From: an uncultured Verrucomicrobiae bacterium
GTDB lineage: Bacteria; Verrucomicrobiota; Verrucomicrobiia; Chthoniobacterales; JAFAMB01
Reading direction: 5' to 3'
DNA: 64,000 nt
NCBI GenBank assembly: GCA_963762565.1
Contig: CAVXLD010000001.1
Location: forward strand, 1,312,001-1,376,000
Shown: positions 1 through 8,770 of the stretch, piece after piece
Numbering within the stretch: position 1 is the first letter of the stretch
How the letters are laid out: each line of letters begins with the position of its first letter
Notes under the pieces: generated by a model
Seen by the model: the letters and a program-made list of their open reading frames with translations, nothing else
Told to the model about the DNA's origin: nothing
The model's database searches: none
Translations under genes and position numbers: made by a program

Positions 1-212
1 TGGGAACTTTGGAAGGCGTGATCGGATTTGTGGAAGCGGGTGTAGGCATCGCAGCGATGCCGGAGAGTTTTATCCGTCCGATCAGCAAAGGGAGAAAGGT
101 AGTTCTGCTTCCGTTGCCTGGGAAAATGGCCACGCTGCGTACTTATGTCGTGGCATTGGAACGTACGGCATCGCCGTTGGTGAACGATTTTGTGGATCAT
201 TGCCAGGCGTGA
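1..212 (+). CDS. LysR-family regulator, C-terminal fragment (truncated by window edge)
   Basis: GTLEGVIGFVEAGVGIAAMPES resembles the LysR substrate-binding domain C-terminus; the frame is open to the window start. Confidence 0.75.
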   Translation, partial: GTLEGVIGFVEAGVGIAAMPESFIRPISKGRKVVLLPLPGKMATLRTYVVALERTASPLVNDFVDHCQA

Positions 213-247
213 TGCCTCGTTCTTGGATTGCGTGCAGACCCATTGCG

Positions 248-368
248 GGGAGGGATCGCGTCCGCGTCCGGCAGCTGCCGGATGATTGCCGAAGTGTTGT
301 GATCGCGGACCAAATTACACCCTTGGGGGTGGCACGTCCTCGCGGCGCGCGGGGACGCGCGCCCTCCC
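248..368. repeat. REP-doublet family A, copy 1
   Basis: GGGAGGGATCGCGTCC ... GGCGCGCGGGGACGCGCGCCCTCCC; related copies at 4977, 8648, 53779, 60704. Confidence 0.85.
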
Positions 369-425
369 CGATTTGCAACCTGGGAACGCGAGGACGAGAA
401 CGAAGCGCTTCGGACACCGCCGTCC

Positions 426-1466
426 TCACCCAACTCGCCGCTGCGACTTCGCGAACGTATCAAAGGCGACGGCAAGCACAATAATGATGCCGATAATGAT
501 CTGCTGGATATAAGCGGAAACATCCATCAGCACTAAACCATTGAGCAGCACGCCAATGAGTATAGTGCCAATGACAGTGCCAAAGATCGTACCGAGGCCT
601 CCGAATAGACTGGTACCGCCTATCACTACGGACGCAATCACCGTGAGCTCGTAACCAGTGCCGGCGACGGCTTCGGCCGAGTTCAGGCGTGCTGAAAGGA
701 CGAAAGCGCCCAGACCAGCAAAGAAACCCATGATGACGTACACGCTGGTAGTAACGGCGCGGACGTTCAGCCCTGACAGGCGCGCAGCTTCCGGGTTGCC
801 GCCGACGGCATAGACCTGGCGTCCGTAGCGGGTGTACCGGAGAACGATATGCGCGAGTATGGCGAAAGCGAGGAAGATGACGACTGGGACGGGTATCTGG
901 TCGAAAATCTTTCCCTGGCCCATCCAGACGAAATTCGGTTCGAAACCGCTAATCGGGCCTCCGGCTGCGAATAGCAAAGCCCCCCCTCGGAAAGCCGACA
1001 TGCCGCCGAGTGTAACCACGAACGGTGGAACCTTAAGCCTAGTGATAGCAAAACCCTGTACCCAGCCTCCAATAACCCCGACTGCGATCGCGGCAAGCGC
1101 GGCAAGATACCAGGGATTGCTCGCCGCCACCTCGCCCGCACCGACAGTGAACCGGTTAGAGAGGCCGCCCTTGGACACTGCCGCAGCGACTAACCCAGCA
1201 AAGGCGACTAGCGAGCCGATCGAAAGGTCGATGCCGGCTGTCAAAATGACGAAGGTCATCCCCACCGCGAGCAGGCCGTAGATAGAGACCTGGCGGAGAA
1301 TATTGAAGAGGTTGAGCGGTGTCAGAAAACGCGGTTGGAACGCAGCGAACGCGCCCATCAAAACAAGCAGGAAAATGAGAGGCGCGAAGCGAGCCAGAAA
1401 CCCAAAAATATCGAGTTTCGTCCGCCCCGGTGCAGCTGAGTGGGAGTCTTCGGTCAATGTTTCCAT
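426..1466 (-). CDS. Monosaccharide ABC transporter permease (RbsC-like)
   Basis: GIDLSIGS and YAVGGNPEAARLSG motifs; many hydrophobic helices. Confidence 0.93.
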   Translation of the reverse strand: METLTEDSHSAAPGRTKLDIFGFLARFAPLIFLLVLMGAFAAFQPRFLTPLNLFNILRQVSIYGLLAVGMTFVILTAGIDLSIGSLVAFAGLVAAAVSKGGLSNRFTVGAGEVAASNPWYLAALAAIAVGVIGGWVQGFAITRLKVPPFVVTLGGMSAFRGGALLFAAGGPISGFEPNFVWMGQGKIFDQIPVPVVIFLAFAILAHIVLRYTRYGRQVYAVGGNPEAARLSGLNVRAVTTSVYVIMGFFAGLGAFVLSARLNSAEAVAGTGYELTVIASVVIGGTSLFGGLGTIFGTVIGTILIGVLLNGLVLMDVSAYIQQIIIGIIIVLAVAFDTFAKSQRRVG

Positions 1467-1524
1467 CGGTTAGATTGCCTTTCTCAAAAATGCACAGCTG
1501 GCAGAACGGTTTTGTAGCCCGCTA

Positions 1525-3102
1525 TCAAGGATTGTTTTGTTTAGAGGCATCAGATTCTGAGGCATCAGATTTACGAGTTGCGCTCAAAGTCATCATCGAC
1601 ATCAGGATCTCCTCGGTTGCGTCTTCCCGTTTGATCTGGCCGGTGATATGGCCTTCCCGCATCGTGATAATGCGGTCGCTGACCGCAAGCACCTCGGGCA
1701 ACTCTGAGGATATGGCGATCACCGCGATACCGGTTTGCGCCATTTCGAAAAGGAGATTGTGGACCTCAACTTTGGCTCCGATATCGATGCCGCGGGTCGG
1801 CTCGTCCACGATGAGCACCTTCGGCCGCAACGCCAGCCAGCGGGCAAGGATCACCTTTTGTTGGTTGCCACCCGAAAGACTGGCAATCAACTGTTCCGGA
1901 CTGGCCATGCGAATATTGAGTTTCTGCTGATATTCATCCACCATGGCGCGTTCGGCGGTTTCATCGATAAACACGCCCCAACGCAGGATGTGCTGGTGCG
2001 ATGCCATGCTGAGATTAGCGCGTACTGCCAGCGCCAGGAATAGCGCCTGCTGTTTCCGATCCTCCGGTACCAGCCCGATTCCGTGATGGATTGCATCCTT
2101 GGGCGAACGAATACGGACCTGTCTGCCGTCTATGATAATCCGACCGGAATCGAATTGGTCGGCTCCAAATATGGCTCGAGCCATTTCCGTCCGTCCGGCG
2201 CCTACTAAACCGGCTATCCCCAGGATCTCACCCTTGCGCACTTCGAAGCTGACGTCTGCGAGTACCGTGGCGCTCTGATCCCGGGCATTACCGCGCCGAT
2301 TCAGGCCTTCAACCCGCAGTACGACATCGTTTCCGGTCTCCCGGTCCCGATGAGCGAACAATTCTTTTACCTCGCGGCCAACCATCAGCCGGATGATGCC
2401 GTCAATCGTGATGTCAGCGATGGATCCGCTGCCAATCAGGCGTCCGTCTCGAAGCACAGTATAACGGTCACAAATCTGCATTACTTCTTCGAGGCGATGG
2501 GTAACGAAGATAATGCTGAGGCCGTGCGCCTTCAGTTCGCGAGCGATGCGAAAAAGCTTATCGACCTCTGCCGAGGACAAAGCCGATGTCGGTTCATCCA
2601 TGACGATCAACCGCGACTTCATCGAGAGTGCACGCGCAATTTCCACCATTTGTTGCTCAGCCACGCTCAACCCTCGCACGATAGCCATCGGTTGTAGCTC
2701 GAGGCCGAGGCGCTTAGTGATCGCTCGCGTTTCCGAAGCCATTTTCGGCCAGTCGACGAAAACGCTCGGACCGGGTTCGCGCCCGATAAAAACATTTTCG
2801 GCGATCGTCATATTTGGAGCCAGGGTGAACTCTTGATAGATGGTGGCGATACCTCTGCGCTGCGCGTCATGAGGTGAAGCCATCACCACGTTCTCTCCTC
2901 CGAACTCAATCGTGCCGCTGTCAGGTTGCTGGGCGCCGGCCAGGATTTTGATTAGCGTCGATTTACCGGCTCCGTTTTCGCCCAGCAAAGCGTGAATCTC
3001 ACCGGGGCGCACCTCGAGCCCGGCATCGTCTAGCGCCTGGACACCCGGAAATTTTTTCCGGATCGAGGTCATGCGAAGGAGGGGTGGTTCGCTGGCGCTC
3101 AT
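1525..3102 (-). CDS. Monosaccharide ABC transporter ATPase with two ABC domains (RbsA-like)
   Basis: GENGAGKST, MDEPT, LSGGNQQK, VDEPTRG; start set at MSASEPP (ATG 3102) because the upstream extension runs through a repeat element. Confidence 0.92.
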   Translation of the reverse strand: MSASEPPLLRMTSIRKKFPGVQALDDAGLEVRPGEIHALLGENGAGKSTLIKILAGAQQPDSGTIEFGGENVVMASPHDAQRRGIATIYQEFTLAPNMTIAENVFIGREPGPSVFVDWPKMASETRAITKRLGLELQPMAIVRGLSVAEQQMVEIARALSMKSRLIVMDEPTSALSSAEVDKLFRIARELKAHGLSIIFVTHRLEEVMQICDRYTVLRDGRLIGSGSIADITIDGIIRLMVGREVKELFAHRDRETGNDVVLRVEGLNRRGNARDQSATVLADVSFEVRKGEILGIAGLVGAGRTEMARAIFGADQFDSGRIIIDGRQVRIRSPKDAIHHGIGLVPEDRKQQALFLALAVRANLSMASHQHILRWGVFIDETAERAMVDEYQQKLNIRMASPEQLIASLSGGNQQKVILARWLALRPKVLIVDEPTRGIDIGAKVEVHNLLFEMAQTGIAVIAISSELPEVLAVSDRIITMREGHITGQIKREDATEEILMSMMTLSATRKSDASESDASKQNNP

Positions 3103-3106
3103 TTTT

Positions 3107-3390
3107 GGTGGGGCGAGGCTCCGGAACTTTCCTTCCGGACGAGCAGGGCTGCCAAGGTTGTCGAATCTGTAGTATGCCGGGCCGCAGAGCTGCCGAGCCG
3201 TGGCCCAGCGTTCGGTATCGGCAAAGGATGGACGAGGCCAGATCGGACGCAGACTGCCCAATTCAAAGCGCTGGACGACGGCGGCGTGGTGGGCCCGCCT
3301 CGGCAGCGCTTTGACCCAAAACACAAAGTCTTCCTTCAATGTCGCATTCCCTGGGAAGTCGCCAAGGCCGTACCGGAGCCTCGCCCCACC
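3107..3390. repeat. Split-REP family B, copy 1
   Basis: Outer IR GGTGGGGCGAGGCTCC 3107-3122 / 3375-3390; inner IR GCTGCCGAGCCG 3189-3200 / 3296-3307. Confidence 0.85.
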
Positions 3391-3424
3391 GGCCTTGGGC
3401 ATCGCCGCACCGGGGAAGAAAAGT

Positions 3425-4384
3425 CTATTTTACTTCGTTTAGTCGTTCAGCCTGATTGAGGTTGTCGCTGGTGATCGCGATCGGAGTGAGCAGCTTTACC
3501 GGTTCGGCCGGTTTTTTGCCGTCGCGGAGATAGGCAACCAGCGTATCCAGAGCGCCCTTAACCTGCCCGCCGGGCATCTGCTCGATCGTGGCTGTCATGT
3601 TACCAGCCTTGATCTGGCCTAACGCTTCGGGGAGAGCGTCGAACCCGATGAGTTTTACCTTACCGACGAGGTTACGCGCTTTGAGTGCTTCAAGGGCGCC
3701 AAGCGCCATGTCGTCGTTTGCGCAGTTGATCACGTCTGGCGGCGTCTTCATACCGGCAAGGGCAGACTCCGTCATGCTCAGACCCTTTGCCCTATCGAAG
3801 GCGGCAGTATCTTCAAACACTATTTTGTATTTGTCTTTGGCTTGATCCAGAACGTTGTGCAGGCCCTTGTTGCGGTCGATAGCCGGACTCGAACCCGACT
3901 GTCCCTGGAGATTCATAACTGTGCAGCCGTTCGGAAACAGCTTTTCGATCAGCTCACCCTGCGCTTCGCCGCCTTTAACGTTGTCGGCTCCTACATGGGC
4001 AAGGATCCCAGGGACCTTGTTGACGCGGCGGTCGAACGTGACCACCGGAATCTTTGCGTCGACCGCTTCCTGTAATGCCGGCGCTAGAGCATCGGCGTCA
4101 TTCGGAGAGATGACGATCCCGTTGACACCCTTTGTAATCGCTGCCTCGATATCCGCCGTTTGCTTGGGCGAGCTGACTTGTCCATCGGAAACCAGCAGGT
4201 CGATGTCGCCAAGCTTAGCTGCCTCTGCTTTCCCCTGGTTAATGCAGTGTACGAAGAACGGGAATGTCAGACCGGGAACAGACATCAAGATAGTTAAGTG
4301 TTTCTCCGCTGCCTGTGCGGGACCGAATGCGACTAACGCAAGCCCAAGAGTCGCCGATAGCCCAATTTTTCTGAAGTATCTCAT
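3425..4384 (-). CDS. Sugar ABC transporter periplasmic binding protein (RbsB-like)
   Basis: Signal peptide; FPFF, VVTFDR, NDDMALGA, IGFDA motifs; operon with ATPase and permease. Confidence 0.92.
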   Translation of the reverse strand: MRYFRKIGLSATLGLALVAFGPAQAAEKHLTILMSVPGLTFPFFVHCINQGKAEAAKLGDIDLLVSDGQVSSPKQTADIEAAITKGVNGIVISPNDADALAPALQEAVDAKIPVVTFDRRVNKVPGILAHVGADNVKGGEAQGELIEKLFPNGCTVMNLQGQSGSSPAIDRNKGLHNVLDQAKDKYKIVFEDTAAFDRAKGLSMTESALAGMKTPPDVINCANDDMALGALEALKARNLVGKVKLIGFDALPEALGQIKAGNMTATIEQMPGGQVKGALDTLVAYLRDGKKPAEPVKLLTPIAITSDNLNQAERLNEVK

Positions 4385-4483
4385 AGGTGTTTTCTGACTT
4401 CTCGTCAGAATAAGTATTAGGGGGGTGTGCCTACGGGATTTAGAGATGTCCCGCAGAGCCAGAACGATGCTTCCATTCGAGTC

Positions 4484-4682
4484 GTGTTAACGTCAACACA
4501 AAATTGCTGCTTACGGCCGGACAGGTGGAGTCAATTGAAACCATTTTAAGAAAACAATTTCACCTAACTCGCCGGTTCTGGTGGGAGGTAAGACGAATAC
4601 GAGTGGAGGGGGATGGGGTAAACAGTTTCTCCGTTGATCAGTTTACATAAAGGCCGCGCAAACCATTGCGCAATCGATTGCG
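4484..4682. promoter_or_regulatory. Candidate LacI-family operators upstream of the sugar ABC operon
   Basis: CG-centred palindromes GTGTTAACGTCAACAC (4484-4499) and CGCAATCGATTGCG (4669-4682), plus related GCGCAAACCATTGCGC (4656-4671). Confidence 0.5.
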
Positions 4683-4976
4683 GTCAGGTTTAGGCTTTTT
4701 TCCTGCAAGTGTCAACGGTCATCGTTAACGATCGTAAACTCGAACCACCGAGTACAATCGTTTGCCCGGTGATGAAACGGCAAAGCGTGCCTTTGCCGGC
4801 TTGGCTCCCCGAAAACGCTCTTAAGCCTCGTATTGCGGGTACTGGAGTTAATTCCCTATCTGCTAGATTGGAGGTCGACGCGGTGAGCGCCGTCTTTGTC
4901 CCGGATCCCGAAGTGGATCTCTTCCTCGCCCAAGGAAGCATCTCCAACCCCCTAGTGTTCGCACGGTTGCAAATAG

Positions 4977-5190
4977 GGGAGGGCGCGCAGCCTGTCCGCC
5001 ATAGCTTTAGCGACGGAGGATCCCCGCACGCCGCGAGGACGTGCCTTAACCCAAAGGTGTATTTTCGTCCGAGGTCAAGACACGTCCTCGACTTCGGCAA
5101 CAAGCCGGATCGCGAGGATCCGACGTCGCCAACGCTTCTAAGAAAGACCTGCAGACAGAAGGCTATGTCGGACAGGCAGCGATCCCTCCC
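4977..5190. repeat. REP-doublet family A, copy 2, with nested hairpin insertions in both arms
   Basis: Reverse-complement homolog of 248-368, with inserts at 4989-5020 and 5119-5178. Confidence 0.85.
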
Positions 5191-5397
5191 AGGCGATGGG
5201 GCCGCACTCATTCCGAGGAAGGAGCGTCTGGTGAGCCTATTGGTGGTTTGTCTTTTCTGGGCCTGCGAAAAGTAGTATGTGTGTCGCGAATACTGATCCG
5301 GCCCGATGCGTCGAAACCTGGCGACTCTTCCGACGTCAAAAGGTTGAGAGCACGCTCGGTTCAGAAGCGATTCTCTAGCAGCACCTAAATTAATGTT

Positions 5398-5985
5398 ATG
5401 AAGTTTGTTATGAAGTTTAAACGGTTGTTATTTTCGATATCAGCCGCCTTGATTTTCCTGCTTTCGCCAAGCTCGAGTCTTGCCGGTTGGGGTGGCGGCT
5501 GGCACGGCGGAGGCGGTTGGGGCGGGCATGGCGGTGGTTGGCACGGAGGCTGGCATGGCGGCTGGCATGGCGGCTGGTGGCACGGTGGTTGGTGGCACGG
5601 CGGCCATTTTTATAATTGGGGTTGGTGGCCCGGCTACGGCTGGGGCTGGTGGGGGTGGGGCGGATGGTATCCCTACTGGGCTTGGGGCGAATATCCTTAT
5701 GGCTACTGGAATGGCGGTTACGGAAGCTACGGCGATAGCGGAGGTTATGGCGATAACGGAGGTTACGGAGGCGGCCACGGTGAGCCTCCGGGCGCCCAAA
5801 GTGAAACCTCAGCGATTCAATCCAGGCTTGCTAACCTCGGTTTCTATCATGGCCCGATCGACGGCAAGGTTGGCCCGGGTACAGAAAGCGCGCTCAAAGC
5901 CTTTCAGGCACGACATGGCTTGAGAGCTTCAGGCCAGATTGATGACGAGACATTGAACGCTCTCGGCTTAGCACAAGGGCAATAA
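5398..5985 (+). CDS. Secreted Gly/Trp/His/Tyr-rich protein with C-terminal peptidoglycan-binding domain
   Basis: Signal peptide; GGWH repeats; IQSRLANLGFYHGPIDGKVGPGTESALKAFQ..GL..SG PG_binding_1 pattern; start may be 5410. Confidence 0.85.
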   Translation: MKFVMKFKRLLFSISAALIFLLSPSSSLAGWGGGWHGGGGWGGHGGGWHGGWHGGWHGGWWHGGWWHGGHFYNWGWWPGYGWGWWGWGGWYPYWAWGEYPYGYWNGGYGSYGDSGGYGDNGGYGGGHGEPPGAQSETSAIQSRLANLGFYHGPIDGKVGPGTESALKAFQARHGLRASGQIDDETLNALGLAQGQ

Positions 5986-6095
5986 GTCGCTTGTAAGCAG
6001 GTACCCAGCGTCAGCCTTCTCCAGACTCACGCTAGTGGAAAAGGTCTGGCGCTCAGGGTCGAGCGCCAGGTTTGCCGGGAAGTCATAACAAAGTA

Positions 6096-6131
6096 ATAAC
6101 CCAGAGCCGAACGAATTCGGCCCTGGGCTAT
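6096..6131. repeat. Small dispersed hairpin, copy 1
   Basis: ATAACCCAGAGCCGAACGAATTCGGCCCTGGGCTAT; homolog at 59429-59460. Confidence 0.6.
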
Positions 6132-6371
6132 GATCTCTTACCCGTCGTGCCGGGCAACTCTAATGACCCAAATCGGTGTTTCGAAAGTTACTGGGCGGAC
6201 GCCCAATCAAAGTCAGTGGCGCCGGGGTACGTTCTGATCCCCGCTTAGCGCCAGGAAGAACAAAAAAAGCGAAACCCCGGACAGAAAAATCAAAGCGCTC
6301 ATTTGTTGGGAGTCGCTTAATCTCTGCGACTCGCTCCTTTCATTGTTATTTCCCCAACTCAAGCTCATTCG

Positions 6372-6569
6372 TTACTCGACGATCAGGGAGACAACGTTCT
6401 GGGTGGCCGGCAGAGTAAAAGTGAACCGCCGATGCTCGGCCGGAAGACCACCTGACAGGCTCTCGAGCCGGTCCGACAATCCGGCCGCCTCTAGTAACGT
6501 GACAATTTTGTCTAGACGACCTTGGTCGTGACTCGTTTGGTCTGCGATGTTGAAGTGGCTGCAGTCCAT
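6372..6569 (-). CDS. Hypothetical 65-aa protein, probably TetR-regulated
   Basis: ATG with upstream AAGGA; preceded by a copy of the operator found upstream of the tetR gene. Confidence 0.55.
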   Translation of the reverse strand: MDCSHFNIADQTSHDQGRLDKIVTLLEAAGLSDRLESLSGGLPAEHRRFTFTLPATQNVVSLIVE

Positions 6570-6593
6570 GATGTTAATCCGATCCTTTCTATA

Positions 6594-6613
6594 TTGACTA
6601 GTTAGTCTAGTGC
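6594..6613. promoter_or_regulatory. TetR operator copy 1 (NemR-box-like)
   Basis: TTGACTAGTTAGTCTAGTGC, 18/20 identical to 7262-7281. Confidence 0.7.
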
Positions 6614-6633
6614 GCGTTCAAAAAAAGAGAGCC

Positions 6634-7248
6634 TTAAGCCGGTACTGATTCCTCTAGGTGAATCCCAAGGACCCGAGCAACACCTGGTTTAAGCCGCTTA
6701 AGTGTTTCCGGATCATTTCGGATCTTCGCCTGGGTTAAAACGCCGACAACAAAGCAATAAGCCTCCTTCGCGAGTTGGGCGGGATCCTCCGTCCTGATAG
6801 AACCCTCTGCCACTGCGTCCCGTATCGCCCCGGTCAGATAGCGAATCACTTGATCCGCGACTTCTTCCGTTTTTTTGCGAATCCCTTCATCCTGAGTACT
6901 GAGTTCGCATCCGACCGAGACGAAAGGGCAACCCAACACCCTGCCGAAGCTCTGATACTTCTCCATTTGATCGTTTACGAGCTGGTCACAATAATTCCCA
7001 AGTCTCACGAGAGGAGGCTCTTGCGACGAGAAAATTCTATCCATAGTGGGCCGCTTATTTTTTGCGTGCTCCTCATAAGCGGCGACCGTCAGATCCGACT
7101 TCGTCTTGAAGGCGTAATAGAAGCTCCCCTTATTAACGCCGGCCCGCTCACAAATGTCGTCGACACTGACTGACCCGTAGCTGTTCTCCCAGATCAGCTG
7201 GATGGCGGTGCGTAGGAGCTTCTGCCTGGTGTCACCTTCTCGTCTCAC
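6634..7248 (-). CDS. TetR/AcrR-family regulator (NemR-like)
   Basis: N-terminal HTH SVDDICERAGVNKGSFYYAFKTK; C-terminal GCPF motif. Confidence 0.92.
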   Translation of the reverse strand: MRREGDTRQKLLRTAIQLIWENSYGSVSVDDICERAGVNKGSFYYAFKTKSDLTVAAYEEHAKNKRPTMDRIFSSQEPPLVRLGNYCDQLVNDQMEKYQSFGRVLGCPFVSVGCELSTQDEGIRKKTEEVADQVIRYLTGAIRDAVAEGSIRTEDPAQLAKEAYCFVVGVLTQAKIRNDPETLKRLKPGVARVLGIHLEESVPA

Positions 7249-7254
7249 GCGACC

Positions 7255-7283
7255 AGCTTAGTTGACTGGTTAGTATAGTGCAA
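7255..7283 (-). promoter_or_regulatory. Sigma70-type promoter of tetR, probably leaderless, overlapped by operator copy 2
   Basis: TTGCAC-N17-TAAGCT then 6 nt to the GTG start; operator 7262-7281 covers the spacer. Confidence 0.65.
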
Positions 7284-7356
7284 GGGTTTTTTTTCGGAAA
7301 AACGTGCCTATGAGGAGCATACACGCCGTTACCCGGGACCTCACAGAACCCCTGGT

Positions 7357-7528
7357 TTCGTTCTCGTCGTCGTCCTCGTCCTCGAGGGGCGATGGGCGCG
7401 CGACCGCGAGCGGTAAATCATCGCGCCTACTCCAAACCCGGATAGGACTTATGGGACCTATACGACTTATGGGACCGATTGGACCCCAAACGATCGAGGA
7501 CGAGGACGACGACGAGGACGAGAACGAA
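7357..7528. repeat. Hexamer-array inverted element family E, copy 1, enclosing a 9-bp array
   Basis: TTCGTTCTCGTCGTCGTCCTCGTCCTCGA ... TCGAGGACGAGGACGACGACGAGGACGAGAACGAA; inner 9-mers ATAGGACTT/ATGGGACCT x5 at 7442-7486. Confidence 0.85.
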
Positions 7529-7640
7529 GTGTCAGGGACGCCGGGTTCGCCGATCCGAACCCATTCCTTTTTAAGGTATCTCAACATTCATTGACCTACC
7601 CATTGCTCCTTCCCGGACCCTCGCTAAACTCTATCCACTC

Positions 7641-8624
7641 ATGAAATACCGCAGACTCGGTAAGACTGGTTTTGAGGTTTCAGAGGTCAGCCTTGGGACT
7701 TGGCAAATCGGTGCTTCCTGGGGGTCGATCTCCGAAAAAGACTCAATTGAGCTCCTACATGCCGCTATCGACAACGGCATCAACTTCTTCGATACCGCGG
7801 ACGTGTACGGAGATGGGCGTAGCGAACGGCTGATCGCTCAAGTCTTGCGCGATCGGAAGGAGAAAGTTTACGTGGCGACAAAAGCCGGCCGGCGCCTTCA
7901 ACCGCACGTGGCAGAGGGATACAATGAAACAAATCTGAGCGCGTTCGTTGAGCGGAGCCTCGCTAATTTGCAACGCGAGACGCTCGATCTTGTTCAGCTT
8001 CATTGCCCACCAACGGACGTCTATTATCGACCCGAGGTCTTTGAGGCACTCGATAAACTAAAGCGGGCAGGGAAGATTCTGCACTACGGGGTCAGCGTGG
8101 AAAAGATCGAAGAAGCGATCAAAGCAACGGAGTTTCCCGGAGTGGCGACCATCCAGATCATCTTCAACATCTTCAGGCAACGGCCGAAGGAAGTATTCTT
8201 CCCGCTCGCCCAGAAGCGCGATGTCGGCATTCTGGTCCGGCTACCATTAGCGAGCGGGCTGCTAGGGGGTAAGATCACGAAGCAGACTCAGTTCGCGGCG
8301 GATGATCACCGCAGTTACAACCGAAACGGTGAACAGTTTGATCGAGGAGAGACATTTTCGGGCGTCGATCTCGATATTGCCTTGGACGCGGTGGAAAAGG
8401 TGCGCGAGCTGGTTCCACCCGAGGTGGGCATGCCAAAGTTCGCTTTACGCTGGATTCTTGATCACGAGGAGGTGAGCTGTGTCATCCCGGGCGCCCGAAA
8501 TGGTACGCAGGTGATTGAGAACATAAAAGCGGCTGAAGTACCGCCACTTGGCTCCAGCCAGAGTGTCGCCCTGGCGAACATTTATCTGAACCAGATCCGT
8601 CCATTGGTTCATCAGCGTTGGTAG
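7641..8624 (+). CDS. Aldo/keto reductase
   Basis: LGKTG..VSEVSLGTW, FFDTADVYG, ATK, DLVQLH, VIPGA motifs. Confidence 0.95.
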   Translation: MKYRRLGKTGFEVSEVSLGTWQIGASWGSISEKDSIELLHAAIDNGINFFDTADVYGDGRSERLIAQVLRDRKEKVYVATKAGRRLQPHVAEGYNETNLSAFVERSLANLQRETLDLVQLHCPPTDVYYRPEVFEALDKLKRAGKILHYGVSVEKIEEAIKATEFPGVATIQIIFNIFRQRPKEVFFPLAQKRDVGILVRLPLASGLLGGKITKQTQFAADDHRSYNRNGEQFDRGETFSGVDLDIALDAVEKVRELVPPEVGMPKFALRWILDHEEVSCVIPGARNGTQVIENIKAAEVPPLGSSQSVALANIYLNQIRPLVHQRW

Positions 8625-8647
8625 AAAAGGCGCGCTACCGTTCAACC

Positions 8648-8770
8648 GGGAGGGCGCGCGTCCTCGCGCGCCGTCAGGGCGTCACCGAAGCCGGGGGCGC
8701 CGAAATGACAGCGGGTTTAGCAACGCTAGTCGCTTCGGCCGCCGCGGATCGCGAGGACGCGATCCCTCCC
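8648..8770. repeat. REP-doublet family A, copy 3 (overlaps the 3' end of the sigma-factor ORF)
   Basis: GGGAGGGCGCGCGTCCTCGCGCGCC ... GGATCGCGAGGACGCGATCCCTCCC. Confidence 0.9.

Noticed and set aside
1544..1571. 15-nt duplication in the ATPase tail (SDASE SDASK); similar short duplications in the kdpA loop (50069-50113) and thuA start
   Set aside because: Ordinary local duplications in tolerant regions.
3103..3402. 100-aa N-terminal extension of the ABC ATPase in the ORF track
   Set aside because: It is read-through of a family B element; ABC homology begins at MSASEPP (3102).
4690..5275. Overlapping 173-aa and 188-aa ORFs
   Set aside because: No recognisable motifs; they span a promoter region and a nested repeat.
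7270..7594. ORFs with poly-Ser, EDEDDD and PIG repeats on both strands
   Set aside because: Translations of hexamer and nonamer arrays; the same artefact occurs at 35538-35990.
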